Shown: positions 31,958 through 42,847, numbered from the stretch's first letter. The stretch is 64,000 nucleotides of DNA from Elusimicrobiota bacterium (GCA_036574205.1 JAINCQ010000028.1:32001-96000); one strand, 5' to 3'. Made by a program: numbers and translations. The notes: generated from the letters alone by a model not told the origin.

Positions 31958-31999
31958 AATCTAAATTGCTCTATAAATATAAAGAAGATAGTTAAGGAA

Positions 32000-33355
32000 A
32001 TGAAAATAGAAATGACAGACAATAAGATACTATCAAAAATAATGATATCTCCAGAAGAAATTATTAATTTGTTTAAGGTAAAGGAAATAGATAGGGAATA
32101 GTCATTTGAGAAGATTAAGCCTTCTGATACCGGAAAGTGGACTCATAATTATCACAGATATCCTGCTAAGTTTATTCCACAATTAGTTGAGAAATTAATT
32201 GATGAATACACTATATCTAATGAAGAGATTCATATAAATGATCCATTTATGGGTTGTGGAACAACTATTGTTACTGCTATTTCTAAGGGATTTAAAGCAA
32301 GCGGGACAGATATAAATAAAATTGCTTATCTTATTACAAAGGTAAAATCCACGCCAATAAAACCAGAATATCTCAATAAAAAAATTGAGCAATTTATATC
32401 TCAATTAAAAGCGTTAGATAGAGGAGGACTTTTTAATGATAAGATTGAGCCATTAATTCCTCAAAAACATATTGATAGGATTAATTACTGGTTTACAGAT
32501 GAAAATAAAAATGAACTTGGAAAAATATTAAAAGTTATTTATGATGAAAATGATGAGGTTATAAGAAATTTTTTCCTTGTTGCTTTTAGCCACATTTTAA
32601 AAAATTGTTCCAGATGGCTTCAAGGAAGTACAAAGCCCAATAGAGATTTGAAGAAAAGGCAAGTCAAAGCATATGAGGCTTTACTAAGACATTTGATAAA
32701 GATGCAAAGAGGAAATGATGCTTTTTATAAAATCGTTCCGGAAAGAGTAATGAGGAATTTAAATCAATATTTAAATATTGAGCTCGGAGATGCCAGAAGA
32801 CAACCTGTACCTGATAAAAGTGTAGATTTAGTTATAACTTCAAGTCCTTATGTGACAAGCTATGAGTACGCAGACTTACATCAATTATCAACTATATGGC
32901 TTAATTTGGCAGATGATTTGACAGGATACAAGAAAAAGTTTATTGGTACCTCTCATAAAAAATACGAAAATAAAATAATAAGAAGTTCAATCGCCAGGAA
33001 TATAGTAGATAAGATTTCTATTAAAAGTAAAGTGCTGGCGAAGGAAATTGAGGCTTTTTTTATTGATATGGAAGAGGTTTTCGACGAGAGTTTTAGAATT
33101 TTAAAACATAGGGGTAGAGCTTGTTATGTTATAGGCAATACGAAATTGAAGGGAGTTGATATTCTTAATGCAGAAGTCTTTGCCGAAAGTTTGCAATATT
33201 CAGGTTTTAAACTTGATAGGATAATAAAGAGGGAAATTCCTTACAAAATATTGCCGCAGAAGAGAGATGAAAAGACAGGGAGATTTACTAGTGATTGTGA
33301 AGCAGATTTACAGGCATATCCTATTGAATATATTGTCATTGGATTAAAGGAGTAA
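32000..33355 (+). pseudogene. N4-cytosine-type DNA methyltransferase with an in-frame TAG at 32099..32101
   Basis: Same frame from ATG 32000: ...IDRE*SF...THNYHRYPAKFIPQ...DPFMGCGTT...TSSPY; the tracked ORF 32249 starts inside motif I. Confidence 0.8.
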
Positions 33356-33360
33356 GAAAT

Positions 33361-34047
33361 ATGAAATTTGAGGATTTGAAAAAATTATATTTGCAGAAGA
33401 AAGAGCAATTTGGGGCGGAAAGCTACAAATATATATCAGAAGTATTAAAGGAAGCAAAAGAAATTCATAAGAGAGATTGGTTAAAACATCCGACTCCAAT
33501 TGGAGATCATGAACAGAGTTGGAGAGCTTTTAAAGGGAAAAATTTAGAAAAGCTGATCCAATGTATTATTACAGATGAAGTCAAAAGACTTGGCTTGAAG
33601 TTGGTTAATGGTAATCAGCTAGAACGAGCTACAAATCTTTCCAAAGAGTTAAGTCAAGTAAAACGAAATTTGGCTGTTGATTATGGAGAGTTTGGATTGC
33701 ATTTGCCAGATGTTGATATTATTATTTATAATCCTCAAAACTATAAAGTTTTAATTTTAATTTCGAGCAAAGTAACTTTGCAAGAAAGAATTGCACAAAC
33801 TGCATACTGGAAACTAAAACTTTCTCATGATGAAGCAACAAAACACATAAAGGTTTATTTTATTACCCCTGATGAAGATGGGACGTTAACCTATAGAAAA
33901 CCGGCTAAAAAGGGCAGGGCAATTGTAGAAATAGATTTAGATGGCAGTTATGTTTTGACTGATGAAAAAATAGAAGAAAGTGATAAAGTTAAACTTTTCA
34001 AGTGCTTTATAGATGATTTGAAAAAGTTGTTGAAAAATGAGATCTAA
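33361..34047 (+). CDS. Type II restriction endonuclease, BsaWI/CCGG-family-like
   Basis: QSWRAFKGKNLE, LPDVD, SSKVTLQERIAQ; lies between two methyltransferases. Confidence 0.7.
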   Translation: MKFEDLKKLYLQKKEQFGAESYKYISEVLKEAKEIHKRDWLKHPTPIGDHEQSWRAFKGKNLEKLIQCIITDEVKRLGLKLVNGNQLERATNLSKELSQVKRNLAVDYGEFGLHLPDVDIIIYNPQNYKVLILISSKVTLQERIAQTAYWKLKLSHDEATKHIKVYFITPDEDGTLTYRKPAKKGRAIVEIDLDGSYVLTDEKIEESDKVKLFKCFIDDLKKLLKNEI

Positions 34048-34723
34048 AAAACCCAAATTTGAAACAACAACACTATGGGACTTCCCAACTCAAAATTATG
34101 GGGATACTCCCCATGGCAATAATAAATATCCTGGTGTAACACCAGCGTTTGTTATTTGGAATCTTATTCAAAGATATACAAAAGAAGGAGATCTTGTAGT
34201 TGATCCGATGTGTGGCAGCGGAACAACTATTGATGTTTGCAAGGAAGAAAAACGTAAGGTTTTAGGTTTTGATATAGTTCCTTATAGAGAAGATATAAAA
34301 CAAGAAGATGCAAGGAAATTACCATTAGGAAATGAAACTGCAGATTTTATTTTTATCGATCCTCCTTATTCAGATAACATAAAATATAATGATCACCCTG
34401 ATAATATTGGTAATATATCTTGTGAAAATCCAATATTTTTTGAAGAATTAGAAAAAGTAGTGAAGGAGATGTATCGTATTTTGAAGCCAGGAAAATATAT
34501 TGCATGGCTTGTCGGAGACCAGGCAAAAAAGAAAAGATTTGTGCCAGTAGGATTTAAATTATATTTTATTGTTGAAAGATACTTTAAACCTGTTGATATT
34601 ATTTGTGTAGCTAGACACAACCAAACTTCTAATACACCACTTTGGCATGAAAGGGCAAGAAAGTATAATTTTTATCTTCGTGGTTTTAAATATTTGATAG
34701 TGATGCAAAAGAGCAGTAAATAA
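34037..34723 (+). CDS. Amino (N4/N6) DNA methyltransferase
   Basis: VDPMCGSGTT and FIDPPY. Confidence 0.85.
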   Translation: MRSKKPKFETTTLWDFPTQNYGDTPHGNNKYPGVTPAFVIWNLIQRYTKEGDLVVDPMCGSGTTIDVCKEEKRKVLGFDIVPYREDIKQEDARKLPLGNETADFIFIDPPYSDNIKYNDHPDNIGNISCENPIFFEELEKVVKEMYRILKPGKYIAWLVGDQAKKKRFVPVGFKLYFIVERYFKPVDIICVARHNQTSNTPLWHERARKYNFYLRGFKYLIVMQKSSK

Positions 34724-34906
34724 AATTATCATATTTTATAAAATAATATCCATACTTTGTTTTTTTAAAAAGTTTTATCTTTTAAAATTAAAATTCTTTT
34801 AAATTTATTAATTTTTTACTGATTTGCAGCAGTTTTTAGTTCGTAGGATTTTTTAGATTTGATTCGGAGTTTTTTAATTTATCGCTAAAAAAAGTAAAAT
34901 TTGTTT

Positions 34907-36286
34907 ATGAAAATAAAATTTTGTGGAGCAAGTGGCGGAGATGTTACAGGATCAAAACATCTTATAAGCTTTAAAGGTGGAAGTATTCTTCTTGATGCGG
35001 GGCTTTTTCAAGGTAGAAGAAAAGAGACTATTGAAAAAAACTTAAATTTTCCATTTTTAGTTGATGATATTGACGGTGTAATAATTTCACATTCTCATAT
35101 AGACCATATTGGGGTCCTTCCAGTTCTTGTAAAGAAAGGTTTTAACAAGGGTATATATTTAAACAGGATAACTGCTGAGATATCCAGGATTATGCTTTTA
35201 GACTCTGCACGCCTTCAAAAAGAAGATGCAAAATTTTATAACAAAATACATCCCCAGGAAAAGCCAATAGAGCCGATTTATGACGAAGAAGATGTTCAGA
35301 AAGTTTTTGGATTGTTTAAAACCTTTGAAAGAGGAGAGTTTTTGCAGCCTATTGATGGAGTATATGTCAAATTTATAAATGCTGGACATGTCCTTGGTTC
35401 TTCATCTATTGTAATAAACGATGGTAAAAATAAGATATTGTATACAGGTGATATAGGAAGGCAAAATCAGCTGCTTTTAAAATCTCCGGATATTGAAGAA
35501 AATATAGATTGGCTTATTATGGAAACTACATATGGCGATAGGGATCATGACGATATAAAAAATGTATATCAGGAATTTTCCAGTATAATAGAAGAAGCGA
35601 TAAAGAATAAAAGTAAAATTATAATTCCAAGTTTTTCCCTTGAAAGAACTCAGGAGATAATATACCTTATTGATATGCTAATTCATGAAGAAAAGTTTAG
35701 AAAGATAGATGTTTATGTAGATAGTCCTATGAGTGTTAGAATAACCGATATATTCAATAAAAATCTTGGAGAGGTAGATTTTAATGTTTGTTTCAAAAAT
35801 TATACCAGGTTTGATAAGGATCCTTTCGGCTATGAGTATATAAAATATATTTCATCCAGAGAAGAATCTCAAAGGCTTAATCAAAAGGAAGGACCAATGA
35901 TAATAATCTCTGCTTCAGGAATGTGTGAGGGAGGAAGGATACTTCATCATATAAGAAATTCAATAGACAATGAAAAAAATATTCTTCTTATTGTAGGCTA
36001 TCAGGCTGAAAATACTCTTGGTAGAAGGCTTAAAGACGGCGCAAAAAAGGTTAAGATATTTGGGCTTGAACATAATGTTTTTTTTAAGGTCAGATCACTT
36101 GATTTTTTTTCAGCGCATGCCGGGCGAAGTGATCTTCTTGATTATGTCATGAAAATAAATCCCCAAAAAGGTATCTTTCTTGTTCACGGTGAAGAAAAAG
36201 CCAGAACATCTTTTAAATTCTTGCTTAAGGAAAATGGCTTTAAAAATGTTTTTACTCCGGATATGGGTGAAGAGTTTGAGATATGA
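34907..36286 (+). CDS. Metallo-beta-lactamase / beta-CASP ribonuclease
   Basis: SHSHIDH, AGHVLGS, YTGD, ETTYG, SASGMCEGGRI, SAHA, VHGE. Confidence 0.92.
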   Translation: MKIKFCGASGGDVTGSKHLISFKGGSILLDAGLFQGRRKETIEKNLNFPFLVDDIDGVIISHSHIDHIGVLPVLVKKGFNKGIYLNRITAEISRIMLLDSARLQKEDAKFYNKIHPQEKPIEPIYDEEDVQKVFGLFKTFERGEFLQPIDGVYVKFINAGHVLGSSSIVINDGKNKILYTGDIGRQNQLLLKSPDIEENIDWLIMETTYGDRDHDDIKNVYQEFSSIIEEAIKNKSKIIIPSFSLERTQEIIYLIDMLIHEEKFRKIDVYVDSPMSVRITDIFNKNLGEVDFNVCFKNYTRFDKDPFGYEYIKYISSREESQRLNQKEGPMIIISASGMCEGGRILHHIRNSIDNEKNILLIVGYQAENTLGRRLKDGAKKVKIFGLEHNVFFKVRSLDFFSAHAGRSDLLDYVMKINPQKGIFLVHGEEKARTSFKFLLKENGFKNVFTPDMGEEFEI

Positions 36287-37557
36287 GAGAATTTGAAGTA
36301 GAATTTTCTAAGATTGTTTACGAGGGCAAGGCGCTTGGCAGAAAAGATGGGAAGGTCATATTTGCTTATGGGGCGCTTGCTGGCGAGAAAGCAATTGTAA
36401 AACCAATATTTGAGAAAAAAAATTATATTGAGGCTGAAGTTGTCTCTATTATAGATAAAAGCAAATTCAGAATTGATCCGATAGAGGATCATTTCCTTTC
36501 ATGTTCACCCTGGCAGATAATAAAATATGAAAAGCAGGTTGAGTTTAAAAAAAGACTAATTGAGGAAAGCCTTTTTCAGACCTCAAAAGAAACTATAATG
36601 CTTAATGATTTTATAGCTTGTGAAAAAAAATTTGGTTATAGGACAAAAATAGAATATAGTTTTATGGAAGATGAGGATGGTATTTTTTTGGCTTTTCATA
36701 AAAGAGGGGATTATTCAAAAAAAGTAAAGCTTATAAATGGATGCGCTTTAATAGATAATGAAGCAAATACCATCGCGCTTGATATTTTAAAAAAAATAAA
36801 CAAATTAAAAATACCTTTAAATATTCTTAAAACGCTTATAATGAGAAGAGCAGAAACTGAAGCTAAAATAATCGCTTCTTTGTTTATAAAAGACAGAGAG
36901 TTAAAATTTGAATTTGAGAAAGAAAATTTAAGGGGATTTAATCTTGTGTATTCAAATCCAAAAACTTCTATTTCCACAGTGGATGAAATTTTATATAAAG
37001 AGGGGGAAGATTATCTTATTGAGAAAATATGCGGAAAAAAAATTTATTATGGTTTTGATTGTTTTTTTCAAAATAATATTCCTCTTTTTGAAAAAGCCAT
37101 TTTAGAAATAAAAAAAGAAATTTCCGCTGCTAATAAGGTTCTGGATCTTTACTCAGGTGTTGGTGTAATAGGGATTTGCCTGGCTGATATATCAAAGGAA
37201 ATTACACTTATAGATTTAAATAAATCAAGTATAGAATTTGCGAAAAAAAACATAGAAATAAATAGTATAACTAATGCAAAAGCATTTTGTTTTTCAGACT
37301 CAAAGATAGACCTTGATTTTTTTGATGTTGATGTATTGATTTTAGATCCTCCAAGAGCAGGGATACATAAAAACACAATCAAAAATATTATGAAAGCGCT
37401 TCCGCAGAAAATTGTTTATCTGTCCTGTAATCCTATAACCCAGGGAAGGGATATGTGTTTTTTTCTTGAAAAATATAAGGTTATAAAGACGATTGGCTTT
37501 GATTTTTATCCAAATACCCCACATATGGAAAGCCTTATAATTTTAGAGAGAAAATGA
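36283..37557 (+). CDS. RNA m5U methyltransferase (RlmD/TrmA family)
   Basis: TRAM-like N-terminus, FFQNN, DLYSGVG, LDPPRAG, YLSCNP, DFYPNTPHME. Confidence 0.88.
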   Translation: MREFEVEFSKIVYEGKALGRKDGKVIFAYGALAGEKAIVKPIFEKKNYIEAEVVSIIDKSKFRIDPIEDHFLSCSPWQIIKYEKQVEFKKRLIEESLFQTSKETIMLNDFIACEKKFGYRTKIEYSFMEDEDGIFLAFHKRGDYSKKVKLINGCALIDNEANTIALDILKKINKLKIPLNILKTLIMRRAETEAKIIASLFIKDRELKFEFEKENLRGFNLVYSNPKTSISTVDEILYKEGEDYLIEKICGKKIYYGFDCFFQNNIPLFEKAILEIKKEISAANKVLDLYSGVGVIGICLADISKEITLIDLNKSSIEFAKKNIEINSITNAKAFCFSDSKIDLDFFDVDVLILDPPRAGIHKNTIKNIMKALPQKIVYLSCNPITQGRDMCFFLEKYKVIKTIGFDFYPNTPHMESLIILERK

Positions 37558-37605
37558 TAAAATAATTTTTAAGTTAGAGTTTTAAAGTTATCAAAAGGGG
37601 GCTTT

Positions 37606-38490
37606 ATGAAAAAAAGAATATTTTTTTCTCTTATTATTTTTGGAATGTTTCTTATCCCTTTTCTTATACTATCAAATCACTTTATAAATACGGTTAATGA
37701 GATAAATCTTAATGGAGCCCTGTCAAGGATGGAGTTTTCTATAAATTCAATATCTTCTAAACTTGCCGATACTCTCATAAAAGAATATGATGTTTTAAAA
37801 AATATAAGGGATAGTAATATAGAGGATAGTGTTATAAGGTCAAAAGCCAGAGAGATTTTAAATTCAAGCACAATAGTTAAGAAAATTTCTGTTTTTTCTC
37901 TTAATGGTTCTTTGATCTATTCTACCGATGCCAAAGAAAAAAAATCGCTTAAATCAGATAGGCTTTTTGAGACAGCAAAAGACATAAAAATTCCTGTTGG
38001 GATTGTGGCTTATCCAGATAACAGTCCGCCTGAGCTTATTATGGGGGAAAAAATTTCAGATAAGATAATAATAACTGTAATGGATTTAGGTTTTCTCAAT
38101 GAGCAGTTGATTAAAATATCCCGGAAATTATATGGTTCTATTTATCTTGTAGATGGAGATAATAACATTATATTTGACTCAAATTATGATTATATTTTTA
38201 ACTCCGGGACAAAGATAAATGAAAACATATCAACATTAATTTCTTCCCTTATTTCCAGAAATCTTTTCAGTTATAAAGGGATAATTTCAATAAATGGTGA
38301 AAAAACTTTAATAGCTATTTCCAATATTGAAGGCACTAAGTGGTGGCTTATTAATACAACTCATTATGAGAAGATGGTTGATATGGGGCTTATTTCCTGG
38401 GCAAAAAGGGTTGTTTATTTAGGTATAGCGCTTTTTATTGTTTTTAGTTATATTTCGGTTTTATTGATGGAAAGGTTTTATAACGCATAA
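37606..38490 (+). CDS. Cache-like sensor protein with two TM helices and no cytoplasmic output domain
   Basis: N- and C-terminal TM helices; IYLVDGDNNII and IEGTKWWLI Cache-type motifs; stop right after TM2. Confidence 0.6.
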   Translation: MKKRIFFSLIIFGMFLIPFLILSNHFINTVNEINLNGALSRMEFSINSISSKLADTLIKEYDVLKNIRDSNIEDSVIRSKAREILNSSTIVKKISVFSLNGSLIYSTDAKEKKSLKSDRLFETAKDIKIPVGIVAYPDNSPPELIMGEKISDKIIITVMDLGFLNEQLIKISRKLYGSIYLVDGDNNIIFDSNYDYIFNSGTKINENISTLISSLISRNLFSYKGIISINGEKTLIAISNIEGTKWWLINTTHYEKMVDMGLISWAKRVVYLGIALFIVFSYISVLLMERFYNA

Positions 38491-38539
38491 ATAATTTTGT
38501 GTTATAGTTTATCTTATTTTCCATTTTCAGGAAATATCC

Positions 38540-39008
38540 TGTAAGATATCTATACATACCTGTCTGCGTGCCTGCCTGAGCGAAGACACTCGCAGTCAGG
38601 CGGACACGCACAGGCAGGTTGGACTTTTCATTATTTTTAAATTGTTTACCTAAAAACCAATTTATTGGCGTTTTTCAATACCATAACATATAATCCATAA
38701 ACCCTATCATTTAAACTCCATATGATGAATATTACCTTTCTGGACGGTTTAACTGCTATGTCCCCTCTCCTTTTTTGAAGAGGGTTAGGGTGAGGAGATT
38801 TCACCCTCACCTTAATCCTCTCCCATCAAGGGAGAGGAAAATTAAGTGTCAATAAGGGAATTTAATTTTTTCACCCTCATCCTTCACCTTCCCCCATCAA
38901 GGGGGAAAGGACGGTTTGACCGTCTAAGGAAGGTAAAACCAGGTTTTGTTTGGGTTAAAAAACAATTATCCACAGTTTAACCACGATCGTGTAAAATTAG
39001 TGGATGTT
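38540..39008 (-). repeat. Composite intergenic repeat, copy B (inverted), with three CTCTCCC/GGGAGAG-type hairpins
   Basis: Reverse complement of blocks in 2372..2787; hairpins near 38761, 38800 and 38870; DnaA box TTATCCACA at 38966..38974. Confidence 0.85.
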
Positions 39009-39139
39009 AATTTAAGGTTGCGGGTTAATATAATTTATGTTTTTTTAGTTATATTTGTGTTTTTAAATAATAAATCCTGCTTAATTAATAAAACTTATTA
39101 GGTCTTTTCAATAATCTAAATTAGTATTGTAATACCAAT

Positions 39140-39169
39140 TTGACAGCTTATATATAACTTTAATAGAAT
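39140..39169 (+). promoter_or_regulatory. Sigma70 promoter of nifU-nifS
   Basis: TTGACA-18 bp-TAGAAT, followed by GGAGG RBS. Confidence 0.65.
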
Positions 39170-39188
39170 ATATATTAGTGGAGGAGAG

Positions 39189-40022
39189 ATGTGGAATTAT
39201 ACCGAAAAGATGATGGAGTATTTTAGAAATCCCAAAAATGTTGGGGAGATTGAAAATCCTGATGCGGTTGGCGAGGTTGGAAGCATTGTTTGCGGTGATG
39301 CCTTGAAATTGACTTTAAAAGTAGATGAAAAAACTCATAAAATACTGGATGCTAAATTTAAAACATTTGGGTGCGCAAGCGCAATAGCCTCATCAAGCGT
39401 TTTGACTGAAATGATTATAGGTAAGACTCTTGAGGAAGCGTCTAAAATAACAAATCAGGATATAGCTGATTATTTGGGGGGGTTGCCTGAGCAGAAGATG
39501 CATTGCTCAGTTATGGGGATGGAGGCTCTTGAAGCGGCTATAGATAACTATTACACGAAAAAAGGAGGCAAAAAAATAATAGGAGAACAGGATAGGATTG
39601 TTTGTAAATGTTTTAGTGTTACAGAAAAAACGATTTTAAAAGCAATAGAGCTGAACAACCTTAAAACTGTTGATGAGGTTACTCATTTTACAAAAGCCGG
39701 CGGAATGTGTGGAAAATGCAAGGGTGAGATAGAAAAGCTTATAAAAGATTTTTGGGCTGCAAAAGTGAAACTAAGTTTTGAGGAAATGACTGTTGTGGAA
39801 AAAATTAAGGTAATTGAAAAAATTCTAAATGAAGAGATAAACCCCAAACTTAAAAATGATGGCGGACTGCTTGAGCTTGTTGATGTAGATGGCAGTAAAA
39901 TAAAGGTAAGGTTTTTAGGCGCCTGTTCAAGTTGTTCGTTAGCCGGAGTTACCTTTAAAGAAGTGGTTGAGAAAGAACTTAAAAATAGGATAAATGGCGA
40001 TATAGAAATAATTTTAGTTTAA
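39189..40022 (+). CDS. nifU: Fe-S cluster scaffold NifU (IscU-like, BFD-like [2Fe-2S] and Nfu domains)
   Basis: CGD, FGCASA, KMHCS; VCKCF...GGMCGKC; DGG...GACSSC. Confidence 0.95.
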   Translation: MWNYTEKMMEYFRNPKNVGEIENPDAVGEVGSIVCGDALKLTLKVDEKTHKILDAKFKTFGCASAIASSSVLTEMIIGKTLEEASKITNQDIADYLGGLPEQKMHCSVMGMEALEAAIDNYYTKKGGKKIIGEQDRIVCKCFSVTEKTILKAIELNNLKTVDEVTHFTKAGGMCGKCKGEIEKLIKDFWAAKVKLSFEEMTVVEKIKVIEKILNEEINPKLKNDGGLLELVDVDGSKIKVRFLGACSSCSLAGVTFKEVVEKELKNRINGDIEIILV

Positions 40023-40038
40023 AGTATTGGAGAAATTT

Positions 40039-41235
40039 ATGGATAAAGTTATTTATTTTGATAATAATGCGACTACAAGGGTTAGTGATAATGTTAAAGA
40101 TGAAATGGATAAATTTTTTACAGAATTTTACGGAAATCCATCAAGCATGCACTATTTCGGCGGGCAGGTACAAAAGTATATGGATGAGGCAAGAGAAAAA
40201 GTGGCGGAGCTTTTGGGATGTATGCCTGAGGAGATTGTTTTCACAAGTTGTGGAACTGAAAGTGATTCTACGGCTATATATAGCGCATTAAGGGTAAATC
40301 CGGATAAAAAACACATAATAACAACATCCGTTGAACATCCGGCGGTTTTAAATCTTGCCAAACATCTTGAACAACAGGGATACAGGGTAACATATCTTCA
40401 AGTAGATAAAAATGGAATGATAGATTTAAATGAACTTGAGAAATCAATATCCTCTGATACAGCAATTGTTTCAATTATGTGGGCTAATAATGAAACAGGG
40501 GTGATTTTTCCGATTGAAAAAGCTGCTGAAATAGCTAATAGAAAAGGTGTTTTATTTCATACTGACGCAGTACAGGCTGCGGGTAAAATACCTATAAATC
40601 TTTCTAAAACCAAAATAGATATGCTCTCAATTTCAGCTCACAAAATCCACGCTCCAAAAGGAATAGGAGCGCTTTATGTAAGAAAGGGGGTTAGATTCTC
40701 TCCTTTTTTGATAGGTGGACATCAGGAGAGAGGAAGACGTGCCGGAACAGAAAATGTTCCTTATATAGTAGCTTTTGGTGAAGCGGCGCGTCAGGCAATG
40801 GAGAATCTTGAAAAAGAAAATAAATATGTTAGATCTTTAAGAGAAAGACTTGAAAAAGGGATATCCGAAAGGATTCCAAATATAAGAATAAATGGTTTAA
40901 ATTCTCCGCGCCTTCCAAATACTTCAAGCATAAGTTTTGAGTATGTAGAGGGCGAGTCAATAGTCCTTCTTTTAAGCGAAAAAGGGATATGTGTTTCTAC
41001 TGGTTCAGCATGTTCAAGCGGTTCGCTTGAGCCTTCCCATGTTCTTATGGCTATGGGAATACCTTTTACATATGCTCATGGAACTATAAGGTTTTCTTTA
41101 AGTACTTACAATACCGAAGATGAAGTTGATTATGTTATAGATCAAACTGCAAACGTAATCAAGAAATTAAGAGAAATCTCTCCTTTTAGTGATTTAAGAC
41201 CTCGTTTTGAAAATGAGAAAGAGATTCATCATTGA
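40039..41235 (+). CDS. nifS: Cysteine desulfurase
   Basis: YFDNNATT, HTDAVQ, SAHKIHAPKG, STGSACSS, PSHVL. Confidence 0.95.
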   Translation: MDKVIYFDNNATTRVSDNVKDEMDKFFTEFYGNPSSMHYFGGQVQKYMDEAREKVAELLGCMPEEIVFTSCGTESDSTAIYSALRVNPDKKHIITTSVEHPAVLNLAKHLEQQGYRVTYLQVDKNGMIDLNELEKSISSDTAIVSIMWANNETGVIFPIEKAAEIANRKGVLFHTDAVQAAGKIPINLSKTKIDMLSISAHKIHAPKGIGALYVRKGVRFSPFLIGGHQERGRRAGTENVPYIVAFGEAARQAMENLEKENKYVRSLRERLEKGISERIPNIRINGLNSPRLPNTSSISFEYVEGESIVLLLSEKGICVSTGSACSSGSLEPSHVLMAMGIPFTYAHGTIRFSLSTYNTEDEVDYVIDQTANVIKKLREISPFSDLRPRFENEKEIHH

Positions 41236-41254
41236 TTTTTTATTTGGAGATAGA

Positions 41255-41785
41255 ATGGAAAATACGCTTTTAAACAGTATTGAGTATAAAATTGTAAAGA
41301 CAAGGTTTGGGATCTGGAAAAGCTTTGGATATCAAAATGGCAATTCATATCATGAATTTATTTCGGATTCAAAAATATTTGGCTTACCAGTTTTTCATTA
41401 TACCTACGGTATAAATCCTGAAACTGGTAGACGTAAGTGGGCGGAAGGTTTTATAGCGCTTGGAAGGTTTGCGCGTGGTGTTATTGCTATAGGACATATA
41501 GGGATTGGAGTTATTGCATTCGGACAGCTTTCGCTTGGTTTTTTAGTTTTTGCTTAGGCATCTATTGCTTTTATTTCGCTTGGACAGGTTTCAGTTGGTC
41601 TTTTTTTTGCATTGGGACAGTTTGCGCTTGGCTATGTTGCAATAGGACAATTAGCAGCTGGGAAATATATAATAGCGCAGAAAGGTTTTGGTGAATATAT
41701 TATCACCTCCGGTATAAAAGAGGCTAACATTGGAGATATCTTTAATTTTCTCAAGTCCACTTTTTTAAAATTTTTTTATAAATAG
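41255..41785 (+). pseudogene. Gly-rich 'GQ'-repeat membrane protein interrupted by an in-frame TAG at 41555..41557
   Basis: Frame continues past TAG: FGQLSLGFLVFA*ASIAFISLGQVSVGLFFALGQFALGYVAIGQLAAGKY... to TAG 41783. Confidence 0.7.
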
Positions 41786-41833
41786 TAAAATATTATTAAT
41801 AAATTTGGGATGTTTTTAATTTTTGGAGGCTAT

Positions 41834-42847
41834 ATGTTTAGGATTGTGTGTGTTGTTTTCTTAACAGTAAACTTATTATATGCTGAAAAAATAGAATTGA
41901 AAGATGGAAGCGTAATATATGGCGATTTTGAAGGGGTTATGGATGATTATTATGTTATCAGAACAAAATATGGGATTTTGAGTGTGGCAAAATCGGAACT
42001 TTTGACTCCACCTGATATTCAAATAGCCACAGGGGTTATTAATGGCAACAAAGGATATGAACTTAAAATAATAATAAAAAAATCAAGCGATGTATATACA
42101 AGATTTTTTTACGAAAATGATGTTATAACATCAACGCAAGTATTATCTTTAACAGGCGTTATTATTTCAAGCTCTGGATTTGTTAAAGATGGAATATATT
42201 ATGAATATGATGAAAGTGGTAATTTGATGGCTGAAAGAACAATAAAAAATTCTCTTGACAATGGTCCAGTAATAGAGTTTTATCCAGATGGCATAGTAAA
42301 ATCACGTATTGATTTTAAAGACGGGAAGATAAATGGAAAAGCTTTTTTTTATACTCCAGATTCTAAATTGATACTTGAGCAAACATATTCAAATAATGTC
42401 CTTGATGGTTTTTCCATAGAATATGATTTAGATGGTAATGTTAAATCCAGAGTTTTATATTCTCAAGGAAAAATAGCGGATAGTATAGCGAAAAAAGACG
42501 ATAGTGAGAAACAACCTGACGAACAGCTTGAAAATAAAATTATTGAAAATCCAAAAAATATCTCAACAGATAGGATTTCTACAAAGGTTATAAAAATAGC
42601 TCGCGGCAAAAAAATTTTTCTATATAAGAATAATAAATATACGGGAAGTTTTTCCATAGATGGAGATTATAATGTCATAGATATTAATGGGAAAATATCT
42701 AATGGAGAAATTATTGTTGAGGACGGGAAAACTAATTTGATTTTTAACTTCTCCAATAATTGGCCAATCAGCCTTAAAATTGTCATGGGTGGGGTTATCA
42801 AGGATGATTTTATATACGATGAAAATGGCAGGGCGAAAAGAAAATAA
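41834..42847 (+). CDS. Secreted MORN-variant repeat (YwqK-like) protein
   Basis: Signal peptide, IELKDGSVIYG, repeats such as NGPVIEFYPDGIVKS and DGFSIEYDLDGNVKS. Confidence 0.7.
   Translation: MFRIVCVVFLTVNLLYAEKIELKDGSVIYGDFEGVMDDYYVIRTKYGILSVAKSELLTPPDIQIATGVINGNKGYELKIIIKKSSDVYTRFFYENDVITSTQVLSLTGVIISSSGFVKDGIYYEYDESGNLMAERTIKNSLDNGPVIEFYPDGIVKSRIDFKDGKINGKAFFYTPDSKLILEQTYSNNVLDGFSIEYDLDGNVKSRVLYSQGKIADSIAKKDDSEKQPDEQLENKIIENPKNISTDRISTKVIKIARGKKIFLYKNNKYTGSFSIDGDYNVIDINGKISNGEIIVEDGKTNLIFNFSNNWPISLKIVMGGVIKDDFIYDENGRAKRK

Noticed and set aside
39189..41235. Nitrogen fixation cluster
   Set aside because: Only nifU and nifS are present; this pair serves as a general Fe-S assembly system in many non-diazotrophic anaerobes.
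41834..42847. YwqK antitoxin of a toxin-antitoxin pair
   Set aside because: MORN-variant repeats are generic, the protein has a signal peptide, and no adjacent toxin gene is visible.
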